Source: Campylobacterota bacterium
GTDB lineage: Bacteria > Campylobacterota > Campylobacteria > Campylobacterales > Arcobacteraceae
Direction: 5' to 3'
DNA length: 28,330 nt
NCBI GenBank assembly: GCA_051746405.1
Contig: JBNJFB010000027.1
Coordinates: forward strand, 1 to 28,330
The notes under the pieces were generated by a model that was not told the DNA's origin, did no database searches, and was given only the letters and a program-made list of their open reading frames with translations. The position numbers and the translations under genes are program-made. Each line of letters starts with the position of its first letter. Within the stretch, counting starts at the first letter, position 1. Positions 6,382 through 16,219 of the stretch are shown piece by piece.

Positions 6382-7707
6382 ATGAGCATGTTTTGTTACC
6401 AATGTGAAATGAGTCAAAAAAATGGATGTGGCAGTAGTGGTGCTACAGTGGGTACTTGCGGAAAAGATGAAAACCTAGCACGACTTCAAGATATTATGAT
6501 TTTTGGTCTAAAAGGTCTTAGTGCTTATAGAGAGCATTTAAACAGTTTTAAACCCGAACTTACAAAAGAGATTGATGATGTAATGAGTGAAACTTTATAC
6601 TTCACACTTACAAATGTAAACTTTAATTTTCAAGACCATATTAACCAACTTATGAAAGTGGGAAAAGCTGGTGTTAGTGTAATGAGTCACTTATCACAAG
6701 CACATACAAATAAGTTTGGTATTCCAACTCCTGTAGTTGTATCTCAAAATAGAGTTGAGGGTAAAGCTATATTAGTATCAGGCCATGATTTAGAGTTTTT
6801 TGAGAAACTTCTAATTGCAACAGAAGATAAAGGTATAAATATTTATACCCACTCAGAGATGTTGCCAGCACATGGTTACCCAGAACTTAGAAAATTTAAA
6901 CACTTAAAAGGAAATGTAGGTAAAGCATGGTTTGACCAAGCAAAACTAATGGAAAAATTTCCTGGTACTTTTGTTGTAAACACAAACTGTATAGTTCCTC
7001 CAAAGAAAAACTGTAGTTATCTTGATAGGGTATTTACACATAATATTGTAGGAATTGAAGGTTCTACTCCTATTGTTGATTATAATTTTGATGAGTTAAT
7101 TGAAAAAACGCTACAGTGTGATGATGCTAATGGAGTTGATTTAAATGAAGACAAAACTCTAACAACAGGTCACCACTACAAAACTGTACTAACCCTTGCA
7201 CCACAAATTATAGAAGCTATGAAAGAAGGTAAAATTAAACAGTTTTTTGTAGTTGCAGGATGTGATGCACCTGGAAAACCAGGGGAGTATTATAGAGAGT
7301 TAACTCAAGAATTGCCAAAAGATACAGTAATAATAACATCATCTTGTGGTAAGTTTAGATTTAATGATATAGATTTTGGAGAGATTGAAGGAACAGGAAT
7401 TCCTAGATATTTAGACCTTGGTCAATGTAATGACTCAAATGGTGCAGTTGAAATAGCAAAAGCATTAAGTGATGCACTTGATACTCCTATTAATGACTTA
7501 CCAATCTCAATAGTTTTATCATGGATGGAACAAAAAGCTGTAATTATTTTACTTGCACTGTTCTCTTTGGGAATAAAAAATATCTATTTAGGTCCAAAAC
7601 CACCACAGTTTGTAAACGAAGATATATTTAACTTCTTAAGTGAACATTTTAATCTTACTTTAACTACAAATGCAAAAGATGATTTAAAAAAACTTTTAAT
7701 AGCTTAG
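6382..7707 (+). CDS. hcp: Hybrid cluster protein (hydroxylamine/NO reductase), short form
   Basis: MFCYQCE...GC...GTCGK, ILVSGHD, YTHSEMLPAH, GCD, LDLGQCNDS and SWMEQKAV motifs. Confidence 0.95.
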   Translation: MSMFCYQCEMSQKNGCGSSGATVGTCGKDENLARLQDIMIFGLKGLSAYREHLNSFKPELTKEIDDVMSETLYFTLTNVNFNFQDHINQLMKVGKAGVSVMSHLSQAHTNKFGIPTPVVVSQNRVEGKAILVSGHDLEFFEKLLIATEDKGINIYTHSEMLPAHGYPELRKFKHLKGNVGKAWFDQAKLMEKFPGTFVVNTNCIVPPKKNCSYLDRVFTHNIVGIEGSTPIVDYNFDELIEKTLQCDDANGVDLNEDKTLTTGHHYKTVLTLAPQIIEAMKEGKIKQFFVVAGCDAPGKPGEYYRELTQELPKDTVIITSSCGKFRFNDIDFGEIEGTGIPRYLDLGQCNDSNGAVEIAKALSDALDTPINDLPISIVLSWMEQKAVIILLALFSLGIKNIYLGPKPPQFVNEDIFNFLSEHFNLTLTTNAKDDLKKLLIA

Positions 7708-7708
7708 A

Positions 7709-7732
7709 ATAAAAGAGCAAAAGCTCTTTTAT
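7709..7732. terminator. Bidirectional intrinsic terminator
   Basis: ATAAAAGAGC-AAAA-GCTCTTTTAT between convergent genes. Confidence 0.8.
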
Positions 7733-8659
7733 CTAAAAACCTCCATATAAAGCCAAAACAATTGGTATATAAACAATAGAAATAGCTGTACTTAAAAGTA
7801 CTGTAAAACTTGCTTTTTGTGGTTTTGCATTTAAAAGTACTGCTAGGGTTACTGTATTTCCTGCTAATGGTACAATTGAGAATAGAAACATAACTTTATA
7901 TAAATCCTCATTTAAAAACATAAAAAATGTTTTATCTAAAAAAATCACCCCTAAAATAGCCAATGGCCAAAAAATAAACTTCATTATAAAAGTGATTGAT
8001 ATAAACTTTAAATCCAAATCATCACCTTTTTTTAAGCCAACTAAGCCCATACCAAGCATCATCATACCTAAAATCCCATAAGCACCCTTAAATTGAGCTG
8101 TATAGTCACTAATAGCACTAGGTATCTCTACCCCTAAAAGATTAAAAATAACACCTAAGATAAAAGCGTATAGTATAGGTAGTTTAGATATTTTTTTTAT
8201 TGATTGCTTAACAGTAAAATTACCCTTTGCAGTTACATAAAAACCACTTGTGCTTTCATATAAAAGTGAAGCTAAAACAGTAAAGATATAAATATCAGCC
8301 AAATAAGGAGGAAAAAATATGATAGCCAAAGGAATACCAAAATAGCCAGTATTTCCAGTACCTGCACTAAATGCTAAGATGTTTCCTGTTGGGTCATTCC
8401 ATGATTTACCCCAAATAAATAGGGATAAAAAAGCTATTATTGAACAAAATATATATAAAAAAATTGGTAAAAATATAATAGATAAATCTATTTTAACACT
8501 AAGTGTTGCAGAAAATACAACAATTGGTCCTAAAATATAAATCAATATATTTGCTACTGACTCCCTTTGTACATTTAATAATCTTGTTGAAAAATAACCC
8601 AATATAATATTTATATATAAAGGAAATATTTTAAGTAATAAGATAAAAAATAGTGACAT
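7733..8659 (-). CDS. AEC (auxin efflux carrier) family transporter
   Basis: Multi-TM protein with GNTGYFGIP motif and C-terminal P.A....A.....ST pattern. Confidence 0.85.
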   Translation of the reverse strand: MSLFFILLLKIFPLYINIILGYFSTRLLNVQRESVANILIYILGPIVVFSATLSVKIDLSIIFLPIFLYIFCSIIAFLSLFIWGKSWNDPTGNILAFSAGTGNTGYFGIPLAIIFFPPYLADIYIFTVLASLLYESTSGFYVTAKGNFTVKQSIKKISKLPILYAFILGVIFNLLGVEIPSAISDYTAQFKGAYGILGMMMLGMGLVGLKKGDDLDLKFISITFIMKFIFWPLAILGVIFLDKTFFMFLNEDLYKVMFLFSIVPLAGNTVTLAVLLNAKPQKASFTVLLSTAISIVYIPIVLALYGGF

Positions 8660-8674
8660 TTAAACTCCTTACTA

Positions 8675-8727
8675 TTGACTGTATAGTCAAGCAGAAGAAT
8701 ATATCACATATTAAATAAATAAGTCAA
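8675..8727 (-). promoter_or_regulatory. AEC transporter promoter with palindromic operator
   Basis: TTGACT (8722-8727) and extended -10 TGaTATATT (8698-8706). TTGACT-GTAT-AGTCAA palindrome at 8675-8690 lies between the predicted TSS and the RBS. Confidence 0.6.
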
Positions 8728-8735
8728 GTCAACAA

Positions 8736-8837
8736 CTATATATGAAAATCTTGAAATACAATTAGACATAAAGCTGATATATTTAATACATAAACTATTA
8801 AATAAAATTTATAGGGTTTGATTTTTTGTTTTCTCAT
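8736..8837 (-). CDS. Possible small membrane protein, 33 aa (MRKQKIKPYKFYLIVYVLNISALCLIVFQDFHI)
   Basis: Translated by hand. Basic N-terminus plus hydrophobic segment, 13 nt downstream of the 29-aa ORF. Weak RBS. Confidence 0.35.
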   Translation of the reverse strand: MRKQKIKPYKFYLIVYVLNISALCLIVFQDFHI

Positions 8838-8850
8838 AAAATACTTTAAA

Positions 8851-8940
8851 TTATATTATTGCTAAATAAGATAATAAAGTACCACTTGAGTAAACACCTG
8901 CACATAAAATAAAAAACTTAATGTTTTCGTAGCTAGTCAT
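8851..8940 (-). CDS. Small hydrophobic protein, 29 aa (MTSYENIKFFILCAGVYSSGTLLSYLAII)
   Basis: Translated by hand. AAAGG RBS 7 nt upstream and TATAAT at 8969-8974 on the minus strand. Confidence 0.6.
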   Translation of the reverse strand: MTSYENIKFFILCAGVYSSGTLLSYLAII

Positions 8941-9002
8941 TTTAATACCTTTATAGAGTAATAAAAGTATTATAAAGCCTTATAGTTTCACTTTAGTTAC
9001 AA

Positions 9003-9266
9003 TTAAATATTAGTGTTTAATAATTCAATCCAAAAAAACTTATTTCCTGTACTTTTTTCAATATCTTTCCAACCAAATGAAGTTGAGTGTATATATAAAC
9101 TCTCTTTTATAATTCTAAAAATAATCTCTTTTTTTGAATCCTCTCCAAAAACTTCATCAAACACTACATACAAATAACCATCATTATCCTCTTGCATTTC
9201 ATATCTAAAATTTGTAAAATCTACAAGTTGTTTGTCTAAAAAATCTTTTACACGCTTTTTTAGCAA
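9003..9266 (-). CDS. Hypothetical protein (87 aa)
   Basis: TTG start with AAGGA RBS; protein-like composition; no motif recognised. Confidence 0.75.
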   Translation of the reverse strand: MLKKRVKDFLDKQLVDFTNFRYEMQEDNDGYLYVVFDEVFGEDSKKEIIFRIIKESLYIHSTSFGWKDIEKSTGNKFFWIELLNTNI

Positions 9267-9269
9267 TAT

Positions 9270-9404
9270 TTATTCCTTTATCTTTTTTTGCTCTTGCTTT
9301 TGCTTCTCTTGTTGCTGTACTATAGTGTTATATTTATTAACCAAAATATTTACCATATAACCCATGGCTATAACAATAAAAATAATCATAAGTATATTTC
9401 TCAA
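9270..9404 (-). CDS. Small single-TM protein with Q/K/E tail, 44 aa (MRNILMIIFIVIAMGYMVNILVNKYNTIVQQQEKQKQEQKKIKE)
   Basis: Translated by hand. AGGAG RBS at 9410-9414, TTG start, and it fills the gap between nrdB and the next ORF. Confidence 0.7.
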   Translation of the reverse strand: MRNILMIIFIVIAMGYMVNILVNKYNTIVQQQEKQKQEQKKIKE

Positions 9405-9432
9405 CTCATCTCCTACTAATTAATTATAATTA

Positions 9433-10464
9433 CTAAAAATCATCGAAATCTATCGAACCTTTTGAGTAGTTTACTACATTCCCTTCAAAGAAGTTTGTTC
9501 TTTGGTCATTAAATGAAGCATAACCATCTACCCAAGGTATTGGATGTTTTACATTGTACTCTGGTTTATATCCAACTGCTTCTAGTCTTCTATCTGCAAG
9601 ATACTGGATATATTGAGTGATGATTGCATCAGTGAATCCTAAAATCTGTCCTTGTGTAATATATGCACCCCATGAAGCTTCTAATTCTACAGCTTTTTTA
9701 AACATATCTCTTACTTTTGTTTCAAGCTCCTTAGTAAACAAATCAGGTCTTTCTTTTCTAGTAGAGTTAATCATATTTTGAAATAGTAATAAGTGAGTTA
9801 CTTCATCCCTTTGAATAAATCTAATCATTTGAGAACTACCTAGCATTTTACCTGACTTACCAAGTGCATACATGGCTGCAAAACCTGCATAGAAGTATAG
9901 CCCTTCTAAGATTTGATTAGCAAACATTGCTAATACAATTTTTTCATCAGTAATCTCTTCATTTTCAGAACCTGTTAGATTCTTATAAGTTTCTGCAATA
10001 AATGAGTTTTTCTCTCTTAGTTTTGCATCTGTTTTCCACATATTATAAATACCATCAGTATTATCAGAAATTGATTCAACCATAACAGCATAAGATTTAG
10101 AGTGGTTAGCCTCTTCATATGATTGTCTTGAAAGACACGCATTTACTTCAGGTGCTGTAATATATGGATTTATATTGTCCATTAAATTGTTTGTTTGTAG
10201 ACTATCCATAAAAATAAGTTGTGAAAGTACCAAATCATACATTCTTTTTTCTGCTGGACTTAAATACTTATAATCCTTAGCATCAGCACTCATTGATACC
10301 TCTTTTGGGAACCAAGTGTTAGCTTCCATTGTATCCCAAAGATTTAAAGCCCATTGATACTTCATCTTTGTAAAGTTTATCATACCATCAGGATTTCCAC
10401 CAAACATTCTTCTATCTGTAAGATTCTCATTTGATTGTGGGTTGTAAATCGTTTTTCTATCCAT
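9433..10464 (-). CDS. nrdB: Ribonucleotide reductase class Ia beta subunit
   Basis: [31 protein letters not shown] and NFFE...Y motifs. Confidence 0.96.
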   Translation of the reverse strand: MDRKTIYNPQSNENLTDRRMFGGNPDGMINFTKMKYQWALNLWDTMEANTWFPKEVSMSADAKDYKYLSPAEKRMYDLVLSQLIFMDSLQTNNLMDNINPYITAPEVNACLSRQSYEEANHSKSYAVMVESISDNTDGIYNMWKTDAKLREKNSFIAETYKNLTGSENEEITDEKIVLAMFANQILEGLYFYAGFAAMYALGKSGKMLGSSQMIRFIQRDEVTHLLLFQNMINSTRKERPDLFTKELETKVRDMFKKAVELEASWGAYITQGQILGFTDAIITQYIQYLADRRLEAVGYKPEYNVKHPIPWVDGYASFNDQRTNFFEGNVVNYSKGSIDFDDF

Positions 10465-10547
10465 TAGGATTTTCCTCTATTTTTTAATTTTTTGCAAATT
10501 TTATATGTTTATTTTAAAGTTTTGTATATAAAATGTGTAAGATTATC

Positions 10548-12935
10548 TTATTGACAACCCTCACACTCCATACTTCTATCTTCCACATCATTACTAGCTT
10601 CAGGAGATTGACTTCTTAAGTAATAAGTAGATTTAAGCCCTAGTTTCCATGCTAATGTATAAATTTCATGTAAATACCTACCACTAGCTTTATCTAGACT
10701 CATAAATATATTTAAACTTTGACCTTGGTCTATCCACTTTTGTCTAATTGCACCTGCTCTTACAACATCTAATTGGTCAATTTCAAATGCAGGTGTATAA
10801 TAAGACCATGTTTCAGGACTTAGTTTTGGAACAACAACTGGAATTAAACCGCTTAAATTCTCTTCATACCATTTTCTTTTATAAACAGGCTCAATAGCTT
10901 GTGTAGTACCAACTAAAATAGAAATTGATGATGTAGGTGCCACTGCCATTAAGTAACCATTTCTCATACCATCTTTTTTAACTTTTTGTCTTAACTCTTC
11001 CCAGTCATAATTACCCGTATCAAATAATCCTTTATCAATTAATGCATTTACAGCTTGTGGTGCATTATCATGGGGCATTTTTCCCTCACTCCATCTTGAA
11101 CCCTCAAAAGTAGGGTAAATACCTTTTTCAACTGCAAGGTTTGATGATGCTTTTATGGCATTGTATGAAATTGCTTCCATTACATTATCTATCTTTTTAA
11201 GATGATCTTTTGAACCCCATACAATTTGATTTTCAGCAACCATTTGTGCCTCACCCATAACACCTAAACCAATACTTCTTGATTTAAGATTTGTAGCTTT
11301 TACTTTTCTTAATGGATAGAAATTTAAATCTATTACATTATCAAGCATTCTAATTGCTATTGGTACAACTCTTTTTATATCCTCTTTTGTATTTATTCTA
11401 GATAGATTAACAGAAGCAAGATTACAAACAGCAGTATCACCATCTATTTTCTCTTTTTCTACAATAAACACTTTCTTTCCATTAATCCAATCAAGTGCTG
11501 TTATTTTATTTGCTTTTTTCTTAATACCTGTATCAACAGTTAGGATTTCATCCTCTTCAAAAGTTTCAATTGAACCATCTTCAAACTCTAACTTGATTTT
11601 ATAATGGTTTGGGTTTGTATTTTGAAAAATCTCTGTACAAAGGTTGGAGCTTCTAATATGACCAATATGAGAGTTTGGATTTGCTCTATTTGCATTATCT
11701 TTAAAACAAAGGAAAGGAGAACCTGACTCAAAATATGAAGTTAGAATTTTCTTCCATAAATCTTTTGCTTTCATTCTATCTTTTGTAATATTTTCATCAT
11801 GTTCATACTGCTCATATTTTGCTCTAAACTCTTCACCATGAAGTTGACTTAAATCTTTTACTTCATATGGGTCAAATAGTGTCCAGTAAGAGTCTTCTAA
11901 AACCCTTTCCATAAATAAATCAGTTATCCATAAAGCAGGGAATAAATCATGTGCTCTTCTTCTCTCCTCTCCTGAGTTTTTCTTTAAATCAATAAAATCT
12001 TCAATATCCATATGCCATGGCTCTAAATAAACAGCAATAGCACCTTTTCTAGTTCCTAATTGGTCAACTGCTAAAGCCACATCATTAGCTATTTTAAGAA
12101 ATGGAACTGTACCACCTGCAGCACTTTTATGGTCATCAATAACTCCACCTAAAGCTCTTACTTGGTTCCAATCCCAACCAATACCACCACCATATTTAGA
12201 TAGTAGTGCCATTTCATGATATGAATCAAAAATACCCTCAATATTATCAGGAGTTGAGCCAATATAACAAGAACTTAATTGGTGCCTATTTGTTCTTGCG
12301 TTTGATAAAGTAGGAGTTGCTAGCATAACTTCAAACTTTGATACAACATCATAAAACTCTTTTGCTTTTTGCTGTTTATCATCTTCATTTTGAGCCAAAA
12401 ACATTGCAATAGCCATAAACATTTGCTGTGGTAACTCTATTGGGTCACCTTTTTTATTTTTTATTAGATATCTATCATATAGTGTTTTAATTCCAAGGTA
12501 ATTAAAAAGTAAATCTCTTTGTGGGTCCATATATTTGTTTAAATCATCTAAATCATACCCATCATCTAAATTTGGGATTAATCTTCCTGCTTGCTTTCCG
12601 TATTTTATATACTCTTTCAAATGGCAATATGGCTCACCTTTAATACCATGAGTTGATTTTCCAACTCTATGGTAAAGGTCAAATAAATAAAGTCTAGCAG
12701 CAGCAAAAGTCCAGTTTGGAACATCTATATCAATCTTTTCTACTGCTGTTTTAATAAGTGCATCTTGAATATCAGCACTACTCATACCATCAATAAACTT
12801 GATTTGTGCATCTAACTCCAGTTCACTTTGACTTACTCCATCTAACCCCTCAGTTGCTTCTGTGGTCATTTTTTGGATTTTTGTAATATTTAATACTTCT
12901 TTACGACCATTTCGTTTTTGTATCATTATTGCCAT
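10548..12935 (-). CDS. nrdA: Ribonucleotide reductase class Ia alpha subunit with ATP cone
   Basis: KRNG ATP cone, ATPTLSN, LSSC, SNLCTEI, VCNLAS, KSTYYLR and C-terminal CEGC. Confidence 0.97.
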   Translation of the reverse strand: MAIMIQKRNGRKEVLNITKIQKMTTEATEGLDGVSQSELELDAQIKFIDGMSSADIQDALIKTAVEKIDIDVPNWTFAAARLYLFDLYHRVGKSTHGIKGEPYCHLKEYIKYGKQAGRLIPNLDDGYDLDDLNKYMDPQRDLLFNYLGIKTLYDRYLIKNKKGDPIELPQQMFMAIAMFLAQNEDDKQQKAKEFYDVVSKFEVMLATPTLSNARTNRHQLSSCYIGSTPDNIEGIFDSYHEMALLSKYGGGIGWDWNQVRALGGVIDDHKSAAGGTVPFLKIANDVALAVDQLGTRKGAIAVYLEPWHMDIEDFIDLKKNSGEERRRAHDLFPALWITDLFMERVLEDSYWTLFDPYEVKDLSQLHGEEFRAKYEQYEHDENITKDRMKAKDLWKKILTSYFESGSPFLCFKDNANRANPNSHIGHIRSSNLCTEIFQNTNPNHYKIKLEFEDGSIETFEEDEILTVDTGIKKKANKITALDWINGKKVFIVEKEKIDGDTAVCNLASVNLSRINTKEDIKRVVPIAIRMLDNVIDLNFYPLRKVKATNLKSRSIGLGVMGEAQMVAENQIVWGSKDHLKKIDNVMEAISYNAIKASSNLAVEKGIYPTFEGSRWSEGKMPHDNAPQAVNALIDKGLFDTGNYDWEELRQKVKKDGMRNGYLMAVAPTSSISILVGTTQAIEPVYKRKWYEENLSGLIPVVVPKLSPETWSYYTPAFEIDQLDVVRAGAIRQKWIDQGQSLNIFMSLDKASGRYLHEIYTLAWKLGLKSTYYLRSQSPEASNDVEDRSMECEGCQ

Positions 12936-12967
12936 TTAATTACCCTTTTTATAATTGTTTAAATTTA

Positions 12968-14296
12968 TTAATTAAAAACTCTTTTGAATATTCTTTTTAC
13001 ATTTTTAGTATAATAATCAAAATTAAAGCACTCTCTTATCTCTTCTTCACTTAATTTCTCTCTTAACTCTTTATCTGCTAATAGGTGTCCTAGATATAAA
13101 GACTCGCCCTTTTTATTTACAGTTGGTTTACCTTGCTGAATCTCTTCCCAAACTTTCATGGCATTTCTTTGTACAATTTTATATGCATCCTCTCTACTTA
13201 CACCTGCTTTTGGTAGTTCTAATAATACTCTTTGAGAAAATACTAAACCACCTGTTTGATTTAGATTTTTCATCATATTTTCAGGCATAACAGTTAAGTT
13301 TGCAATAACATTGTTCATTCTATGTAGCATAAAATCTGTTGTAATAAATGCATCTGGTAACCAAAATCTCTCACTTGAAGAGTGGCTAATATCTCTTTCA
13401 TGCCATAATGCAACATTTTCCATAGCAGGAGTTGCATAAGCTCTTATTGTTCTTGCAAGTCCTGTAATATTTTCTGTTAAGATAGGATTTCTTTTATGTG
13501 GCATTGCTGAAGAACCTTTTTGTCCCTTTGCAAAATACTCCTCACACTCATAAACTTCTGTTCTTTGTAAATGTCTTACTTGAACAGCAAACTTTTCAAT
13601 AGTAGAAGCCATTAGTGCTAAAGCTGTTGCTAATCTTGCATATCTATCTCTGTGAACCACTTGATTTGAACAAGGCTCAGGTCTTAATCCTAATTCAGCC
13701 ATAGCATACTCTTCAAGCTTTAAAGGAGCATGTGCAAAATTACCCATAGCACCTGAAATTTGCCCCACTGAAATTACCTTTAAAGTCTCTTTTAGATTTT
13801 TAAGATGCCTTTTCATTTCATCATACCAAACAGCCAAAGTCAAACCAAAAGTAATAGGCTCACCATGAATACCGTGAGATCTACCTACCATAAGTGTATA
13901 TTTATGCTCTTTTGCTCTTTTTTTAATAGACTTCATAAGCATTTTTACATCTTTTATAACTATCTTTAAAGAGTCTCTCATCTGTAAAGCAACACCTGTA
14001 TCAACTGCATCTGAAGATGTCATACCATAGTGAAACCATCTTGACTCTTTCCCTAATGACTCTGAAACACTTGTATTAAATGCAATTAAATCATGCTTAG
14101 TAACAGCTTCAATCTCTTCAATTCTTTCAACTGAAAAAGTTGCATTTTTTACAATTTTTTCACAATCATCATCAGGAATTAGTCCTAATTTATTCCAAGC
14201 TTTTACAGCTGCTTTTTCAACTTCAAGCCAAGCTGCATATCTTGCATGTTGTGTCCAATGTTTTTTCATCTCTTCTCTTGCATATCTTTCAACCAT
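12968..14296 (-). CDS. purB: Adenylosuccinate lyase
   Basis: TKHD, HYGMTSSD, GRSHG and GSSAMPHKRNP signature. Confidence 0.97.
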   Translation of the reverse strand: MVERYAREEMKKHWTQHARYAAWLEVEKAAVKAWNKLGLIPDDDCEKIVKNATFSVERIEEIEAVTKHDLIAFNTSVSESLGKESRWFHYGMTSSDAVDTGVALQMRDSLKIVIKDVKMLMKSIKKRAKEHKYTLMVGRSHGIHGEPITFGLTLAVWYDEMKRHLKNLKETLKVISVGQISGAMGNFAHAPLKLEEYAMAELGLRPEPCSNQVVHRDRYARLATALALMASTIEKFAVQVRHLQRTEVYECEEYFAKGQKGSSAMPHKRNPILTENITGLARTIRAYATPAMENVALWHERDISHSSSERFWLPDAFITTDFMLHRMNNVIANLTVMPENMMKNLNQTGGLVFSQRVLLELPKAGVSREDAYKIVQRNAMKVWEEIQQGKPTVNKKGESLYLGHLLADKELREKLSEEEIRECFNFDYYTKNVKRIFKRVFN

Positions 14297-14440
14297 CTAT
14301 TATTCCCTTGTGCTGGATTTTATCAAATTTATTAAGTTTTATTGATTTTTTTAATATAATATAATATCGAAAGTAGCCAAAAAAATAGATAAAAATTTAT
14401 CTATTTTATATCTATTTAAAAAAAACACAGGATTAAAAAT

Positions 14441-15331
14441 TTGCCATTTATACTAGAAAAAATCAAAGCAAAAAAAGGTAAAAAACTAAGTCTTTTTTTA
14501 CTGCAAGACTTAGATATACATCACACAAAAGCCCAAAAATACGCATCTAAAGGAAGAATATTTGATGATAATATGAATGTACTAAAGCCAAAAGATACAA
14601 TTCCTAGCGATTTTATTTATATGGCTGTATTTCAGGGTCAAACAAGGGGTTTAAAGCCTTTACTTGAGTTTGAAGAGTTTGCTATTTTTGATAAGCCAAC
14701 TAATCTTATGGTTCATCCAATTTCAAAAAATACAAAATACTCACTACTAGATGAAATTAGATATCATTTCGGTCAAAATGCTAACTTAATTCATAGAATA
14801 GATGCAGAAACATCTGGACTTGTAATAGTAGGAAAAAATAAAAAAAGTGAGAAAGAGCTAAAAGATATGTTTGAAACAAAACAGTATCATAAATCATATT
14901 TAGCATTAGTTCATGGGCATTTAAAAGAGAAAATTATTATAGATAAAAAAATAAAAAAAGAGGGTAAAAATATTGGTGTTAGAATGACTACTGATGAGTT
15001 TGAGGGCAAAGAGTCTTGCACAATAATAAAACCCATAAAATTAAATGACAAAAATAATACAACACTAATAGAGGCTATCCCAATTACTGGAAGACAACAC
15101 CAAATAAGAGTACATTTATACTCAATAGGTCATAAAATAGTTGGTGACCCCATATATGGAGTTGATGATGAAACAGCTGAAGAGTACCTAAGCAAGACAC
15201 TATCAAAAGAGAAAAGAGTTAAAAAAATAGGAAGTCATAGACTTTGGTTACATGCTAATTACTTAGATTTTACATATAAAAATATAAACTATAAAATAGT
15301 TTCAAAAAATAGAGATATAAAATCAATTTAA
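14441..15331 (+). CDS. RluA-family pseudouridine synthase
   Basis: DKP...VHP, HRIDAETSG, TGRQHQIRVH and GDPIYG motifs. Confidence 0.93.
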   Translation: MPFILEKIKAKKGKKLSLFLLQDLDIHHTKAQKYASKGRIFDDNMNVLKPKDTIPSDFIYMAVFQGQTRGLKPLLEFEEFAIFDKPTNLMVHPISKNTKYSLLDEIRYHFGQNANLIHRIDAETSGLVIVGKNKKSEKELKDMFETKQYHKSYLALVHGHLKEKIIIDKKIKKEGKNIGVRMTTDEFEGKESCTIIKPIKLNDKNNTTLIEAIPITGRQHQIRVHLYSIGHKIVGDPIYGVDDETAEEYLSKTLSKEKRVKKIGSHRLWLHANYLDFTYKNINYKIVSKNRDIKSI

Positions 15332-15338
15332 TAAGAAT

Positions 15339-15360
15339 TTTAAGTTTTATTAGCTATAAT
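15339..15360 (+). promoter_or_regulatory. Promoter of SRP RNA
   Basis: TTTAAG...TATAAT (15355-15360), typical Campylobacterota sigma70 layout. Confidence 0.7.
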
Positions 15361-15412
15361 TTCGCTTACAAAGATGAGCACTGAGAATATTAATAGATAT
15401 TACTATTTTCAA

Positions 15413-15518
15413 TGCTCTTCTTTAGACCCTTTCAATTGCTATTTAAGGCAACGCCCCAGGGTGGGAACACAGCAAGGCACCTTACTTAGTGATGTGTTTG
15501 GGTATCTGGAGAAGAGTA
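15413..15518 (+). ncRNA. ffs: Signal recognition particle RNA (4.5S)
   Basis: Domain IV motif CAGGGTGGGAACACAGCA in a long hairpin closed by TGCTCTTCTTTAGA/TCTGGAGAAGAGTA. Ends approximate. Confidence 0.9.
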
Positions 15519-15544
15519 CTTACTTTTAGTTAAGTACTTCTTTT
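15512..15544. terminator. Intrinsic terminator after ffs / convergent gene
   Basis: AGTACTTA(15515-15522)/TAAGTACT(15531-15538) stem followed by TCTTTT. Confidence 0.7.
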
Positions 15545-16208
15545 AAACCAAATCCTCAAAATCACAGTTCAAAATCAAAATAGTTTTATCTTTTTTATTA
15601 TAAATAAATCTTTCATCACCATTTTTTATTGCTTCAAATATAATCATTTTTATTTCATTTTGTGTCTTATTATACCTTTTCATTTTTACAGAAAACTCTT
15701 TTAGTGTTAAAAAATCAGCATCTACAGAAGTCTTTTTTTTATTGGGTTTTCCTTCTTGCTCTTCTTTTACATCTTTTTCTTGATTTATTAGTGGTTGCTT
15801 TTTATAGATTGCTCTCATTTCATTAAAAGCACTTTGTAGTAGTTTTATTTCAGAGTTAAAAACTTTTATGATTCTTTTTTGGTTCTTTTCTAATCTATTG
15901 ATTTCAGATTTATACTGTTTTTTCATCCACTTCATAGAGTCTTTTAACAGTACTATTTGCTCATCTTTTATATCAAGTATAGCTTGGGTTGATTTTTCAT
16001 CATTAATAAAAGAGCTATTTGAACTTTTATCTTTTGATTGATTTGCTTTACTAGAAGCTTCTCTTTCCATTTGTTGTGTAATATAAACAAAAGTTTTTCC
16101 AGATTTTTTTATAGATTTTAGTTGATTTTTTTTTATTCTATAGTGTATACCTTGTACAGACAACCCAAGTATAGTAGCAGCCTGTGAGGTAGTAACTAAT
16201 CTTTCCAA
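15543..16208 (-). CDS. HTH DNA-binding protein (MerR/excisionase-like HTH plus coiled coil)
   Basis: TTSQAATILGLSVQGIHYRIKKNQL HTH and a central heptad-rich helix. Lies 11 nt downstream of queF. Confidence 0.75.
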   Translation of the reverse strand: MERLVTTSQAATILGLSVQGIHYRIKKNQLKSIKKSGKTFVYITQQMEREASSKANQSKDKSSNSSFINDEKSTQAILDIKDEQIVLLKDSMKWMKKQYKSEINRLEKNQKRIIKVFNSEIKLLQSAFNEMRAIYKKQPLINQEKDVKEEQEGKPNKKKTSVDADFLTLKEFSVKMKRYNKTQNEIKMIIFEAIKNGDERFIYNKKDKTILILNCDFEDLV

Positions 16209-16219
16209 ACCTTTTAACC

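Noticed and set aside
11440..11625. Extra segment in NrdA between SNLCTEI and VCNLAS as an intein
   Set aside because: Only about 60 aa with no splicing motifs; I recall similar inserts in Campylobacterota NrdA.
15367..15518. 6S RNA or riboswitch
   Set aside because: Contains the SRP domain IV motif, so SRP RNA explains it.
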